The notes under the pieces were generated by a model. The model did no database searches. It was not told the DNA's origin and saw only the letters and a program-made list of their open reading frames with translations. Positions 61,255-64,000 of a stretch of 64,000 nucleotides of DNA are shown one piece after another. The stretch lies in assembly GCA_023133275.1 (NCBI GenBank), contig JAGLWU010000021.1, positions 1,341-65,340 on the forward strand, given 5' to 3'. Source of the stretch: Candidatus Moraniibacteriota bacterium. GTDB lineage: Bacteria > Patescibacteriota > Minisyncoccia > Moranbacterales > GCA-2747515. A program made the translations under genes and the position numbers. How positions within the stretch are numbered: the stretch's first letter is position 1; each line of letters opens with the position of its first letter.

Positions 61255-62427
61255 TTAAAATTTAATCTTCTCCTCCACAAACTCCAAAATTCTATCTTTA
61301 AAAACATCTTTATCAAACTTCTCCGCAGATTTTTTAATAATATTTTTATCATAAAAATTCTCATTATCCAAAAATCGTCGCACACCATCCGCCAAAACCT
61401 CAACCGTCGGAGCATTAAAAAACTCTCCCGTAACACCTTCCTGAACAATCTCCCTCGCTCCACCTTTCCGCAAAGCAATCACTGGCAATCTAGCATTCAA
61501 CGCCTCCACGCACACAATTCCAAAATCATCCTCAGACGGAAAAATAAACGCCCGAGAATTATTTAAAATTTTCTGTTTTACCTTTTCATCCACCCAACCT
61601 AAAATTTGAATATTTTTACCAGCAATTTTTTCTAAATGTTTTCTCTCCTCACCATCACCAATCACAATCAACGGCAAATTTAATTTATTAAAAGCTTTCA
61701 CAGTCAACACCACATTTTTATAAGTAGAAAGCCGAGAGATAATCATGAAAGGTTTTTTTGAGTTTTTTCCGCATCCTCCCTTTTCTGAACAAGGGGTCAT
61801 GACCCCTTGTTCATCAAAATAATTTTCTACAAATTCAACTGGTGGATAGATAATTTCTGAATCACGTCGATAATATTTAGAAATTCTCGCTTGAGTGTAT
61901 TTTGAATTTGCAATTAAAAAATCTGGTCGCTTACTCGCCTGTGCATCCCAAATCCGCAAATAACTTAAAATTTGTCGCACAATAAAATTACTTTTAAAAT
62001 TTTTATTTCGCTTTAGATATTTTTCATTTTCATCCCAAATAAAACGCATTGGCGAATGAATGTAAGCGATGTGTTTCGTGTCAACTCGAGTTACAATTCC
62101 CTTACTCCACGCTCCCGAACTGGAAATCACCAAATCAAAATCTCGCAAATTGTAAGTTTCCACTGCCGAAGCGTAAAAAGGTAAAAGCCACCGATGATGT
62201 TTTCGAATAAACTTTGGAAATTTTTGTAAAAAAGAAGTATGGATTTTTTTGTCTTCAAACATTTTCTTCATGTTTTTTTCGTCATAAAGCAAAGTGTAAA
62301 TCGGTGCTTCGGGAAATATTTCGCAAAGTGTTTCTAATACTTTTTCCGCCCCTCCTTGATAAATTAAAAAATCATGAACAAGAGCAATTTTTAAGTTTTT
62401 AGTTTTTTTTGGATTTGTACTTGACAT
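61255..62427 (-). CDS. GT4 glycosyltransferase with in-frame palindrome in the interdomain linker
   Basis: ALVHDFL..GGAE, HSPMR, EDDFGIVCVEA; start placed at MSSTNPKK (62427). Confidence 0.9.
   Translation of the reverse strand: MSSTNPKKTKNLKIALVHDFLIYQGGAEKVLETLCEIFPEAPIYTLLYDEKNMKKMFEDKKIHTSFLQKFPKFIRKHHRWLLPFYASAVETYNLRDFDLVISSSGAWSKGIVTRVDTKHIAYIHSPMRFIWDENEKYLKRNKNFKSNFIVRQILSYLRIWDAQASKRPDFLIANSKYTQARISKYYRRDSEIIYPPVEFVENYFDEQGVMTPCSEKGGCGKNSKKPFMIISRLSTYKNVVLTVKAFNKLNLPLIVIGDGEERKHLEKIAGKNIQILGWVDEKVKQKILNNSRAFIFPSEDDFGIVCVEALNARLPVIALRKGGAREIVQEGVTGEFFNAPTVEVLADGVRRFLDNENFYDKNIIKKSAEKFDKDVFKDRILEFVEEKIKF
61786..61813. repeat. Family-B perfect 28-bp palindrome inside a CDS
   Basis: TGAACAAGGGGTCATGACCCCTTGTTCA. 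Confidence 0.9.
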
Positions 62428-62443
62428 AATAATAATATAAAAT
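62421..62443 (+). promoter_or_regulatory. (TAA)n-spacer promoter copy 5, n=3, 11-bp spacer; overlaps the GT4 start codon
   Basis: TTGACA-(TAA)3-TA-TAAAAT. Confidence 0.7.
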
Positions 62444-62512
62444 TCAATATTAGCTAACTCCTCACAAAATTGAGGAAAATTGTTCATTTAAAGAAAGAGG
62501 GAGATATAAAAA

Positions 62513-62749
62513 ATGGAATTATTAAAAGAAACTATAACTAATACCTATTGGGAATCAGGAAAAAAGGGATTTATCGCTTATTTGTTCACATCTTTCAGCA
62601 TTATATTTCCGATTGTAATATGGTTAATTTCTTCTGAAATTTCTTCTGCAGAATCCTGTGGTATAGCGGGAATATCACTTGGCATTGGTTTGCTTTTATC
62701 CGCAACAATTATAGAGCAAAATATGTACAAAAAAGCGAAAGCTGACTGA
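62513..62749 (+). CDS. ORFan, 78 aa, two TM helices, behind promoter copy 5
   Basis: GAGGGAG SD; terminator downstream. Confidence 0.7.
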   Translation: MELLKETITNTYWESGKKGFIAYLFTSFSIIFPIVIWLISSEISSAESCGIAGISLGIGLLLSATIIEQNMYKKAKAD

Positions 62750-62796
62750 AAAAAAGTGTCATTCAATCAATCAACATCCTCGAAAGTATACTCCAA

Positions 62797-62831
62797 GGCT
62801 ATCTTCCTGCAAGATAGCCGTTTTTATTTTT
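62797..62831 (+). terminator. Intrinsic terminator
   Basis: GGCTATCTT-cctgc-AAGATAGCC followed by T runs. Confidence 0.8.
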
Positions 62832-62859
62832 AAAAGTCTGTTTATCTAAAACAATCTAT

Positions 62860-63963
62860 CTATCCCATCCGCAAAACTTTTGCCATTAACTTCGCACAAC
62901 GATCCCAACTAAATCTCTTAATATTCTCATAGCCCCTATTAATAACATCATTCCGCTTTTCCTGATCACTAATCAAAACATGAATCTTCTCCGCAATTTC
63001 CGCTGGCACGTGAGGATCCGCCATCAAAGCACTTTCCAGAGCCGTCTCCTTCAACGAAGAATGATCAGAAGTAACCACTGGCACACCAACTTGCTGAGCT
63101 TCTAAAATCGGTAAACCAAAGCCTTCGTACAAAGTCGGAAAAACAAAAACCGAAGCATTTCGTAAAAAAGCCCACTTCTCTTGATCAGTCACAAAACCAG
63201 TCAAAAGAATATCATCCTTATATTCATGTTCTTCCAATTCCTCTTCAATATATTTCCAACCAAAACCAGTCTTTCCCGCTAAAACCAATTTATGAGGCAT
63301 ACGAAAATGAGTCTTTAAAATCTCAAACGCTTTTAAAATATTCACAATATTCTTCCGCTCCTCTAAACGCCCTACAAAAAATAAATACTTTTTTCTTTCC
63401 AATCCATTTCTTTGTAGTAAAATTGTATCGTAATGTTCCTCACTTTCGCAAACAGGATTCACACCTTCATAAATTACCCGCATTTTAGTTTCAGGTACTT
63501 TGTAATAATCAACCAAATCCTTTTTCGTATTATTCGAAACACAAATAATTCGTTTTGCCCACTTACAAGAATTTCGAATTCCTCGCCGCATTGTTCGATA
63601 CTCTTTTTTAGAATAAGCCTCAGGATAAATTTCATATTCAATTCCGTGAATAACCGTTGTTGTATTTTTTGGATGAATTGGCGGAACAATATGACTAGAA
63701 ATCAAAAGTCGATCTGGCCAATGAAAAAGAATTTCCCAAGAAAGTCGCCAATAAGTCCAAAACCGTCTCGCCGCCAATTCCTTAACCTCCCAATTCGGTG
63801 GTAAATTAAAATCAATATTCTCCTCAGTCCCTTTTCGCAAATACAAAATGACCTGTTCATCCAATAAATACTTTCTCAAATGTTTAATAAGTTGATAAGA
63901 ATATTCCTCAATCCCAGTTCGCTCATGAAGAAAAGCTTTCGAAGCATCAATCGCAATACGCAT
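62860..63963 (-). CDS. GT4 glycosyltransferase
   Basis: MRIAIDA, GRLEERKN, YEGFGLPILEA. Confidence 0.93.
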   Translation of the reverse strand: MRIAIDASKAFLHERTGIEEYSYQLIKHLRKYLLDEQVILYLRKGTEENIDFNLPPNWEVKELAARRFWTYWRLSWEILFHWPDRLLISSHIVPPIHPKNTTTVIHGIEYEIYPEAYSKKEYRTMRRGIRNSCKWAKRIICVSNNTKKDLVDYYKVPETKMRVIYEGVNPVCESEEHYDTILLQRNGLERKKYLFFVGRLEERKNIVNILKAFEILKTHFRMPHKLVLAGKTGFGWKYIEEELEEHEYKDDILLTGFVTDQEKWAFLRNASVFVFPTLYEGFGLPILEAQQVGVPVVTSDHSSLKETALESALMADPHVPAEIAEKIHVLISDQEKRNDVINRGYENIKRFSWDRCAKLMAKVLRMG

Positions 63964-64000
63964 ATTTTATTTTTATTATTTAGATTTATATATTATAGCA

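Noticed and set aside
61200-61478. 92-aa ORF ending in CHSERNK
   Set aside because: Alternate frame of the GT4 gene running into the family-C repeat.
888-63804. Numerous 60-130 aa ORFs antisense or out of frame to long genes (e.g. 52627..52953, 37702..37887, 55091..55480, 63433..63804)
   Set aside because: Shadow ORFs overlapping better-supported genes, without SD or recognisable motifs.
1-64000. tRNA, rRNA, T-box or riboswitch
   Set aside because: No cloverleaf, rRNA-like segment or T-box motif recognised by eye; a tRNAscan/Infernal run would be needed to exclude them fully.

Overview
AT-rich bacterial window whose gene content suggests a Patescibacteria/CPR (probably Ca. Moranbacteria-like) genome; the taxonomy is inferred from gene families only. 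It uses the standard genetic code, and most genes are on the minus strand. 1-24.5 kb is a surface-glycosylation region with seven GT-C-type membrane glycosyltransferases (one ALG10/DIE2-like), two membrane-anchored GH28 enzymes and a GT4-GT2 fusion. The remainder mixes housekeeping genes (ispH, tyrS, pgk, rplY, dnaJ, secDF, rubrerythrin, desulfoferrodoxin), surface proteins and more glycosyltransferases. Main candidate new system: five dispersed copies of the promoter TTGACA-(TAA)n-NN-TAAAnT, with n = 4, 7, 5, 4, 3. Only n=5 gives the canonical 17-bp spacer. Each copy precedes a different small ORFan with a Shine-Dalgarno site, and four have a clear terminator, so these look like trinucleotide-repeat phase-variable expression switches. 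Two copies also supply the start codon of divergent glycosyltransferases. Other findings: a complete Trp (WWW) leader-peptide attenuator in front of a small anti-TRAP-like Zn-ribbon gene; several REP-like palindrome families, some inserted in frame into glycosyltransferases; and a zinc metallopeptidase split at a G8 tract. No rRNA, tRNA, CRISPR array or transposase was recognised.
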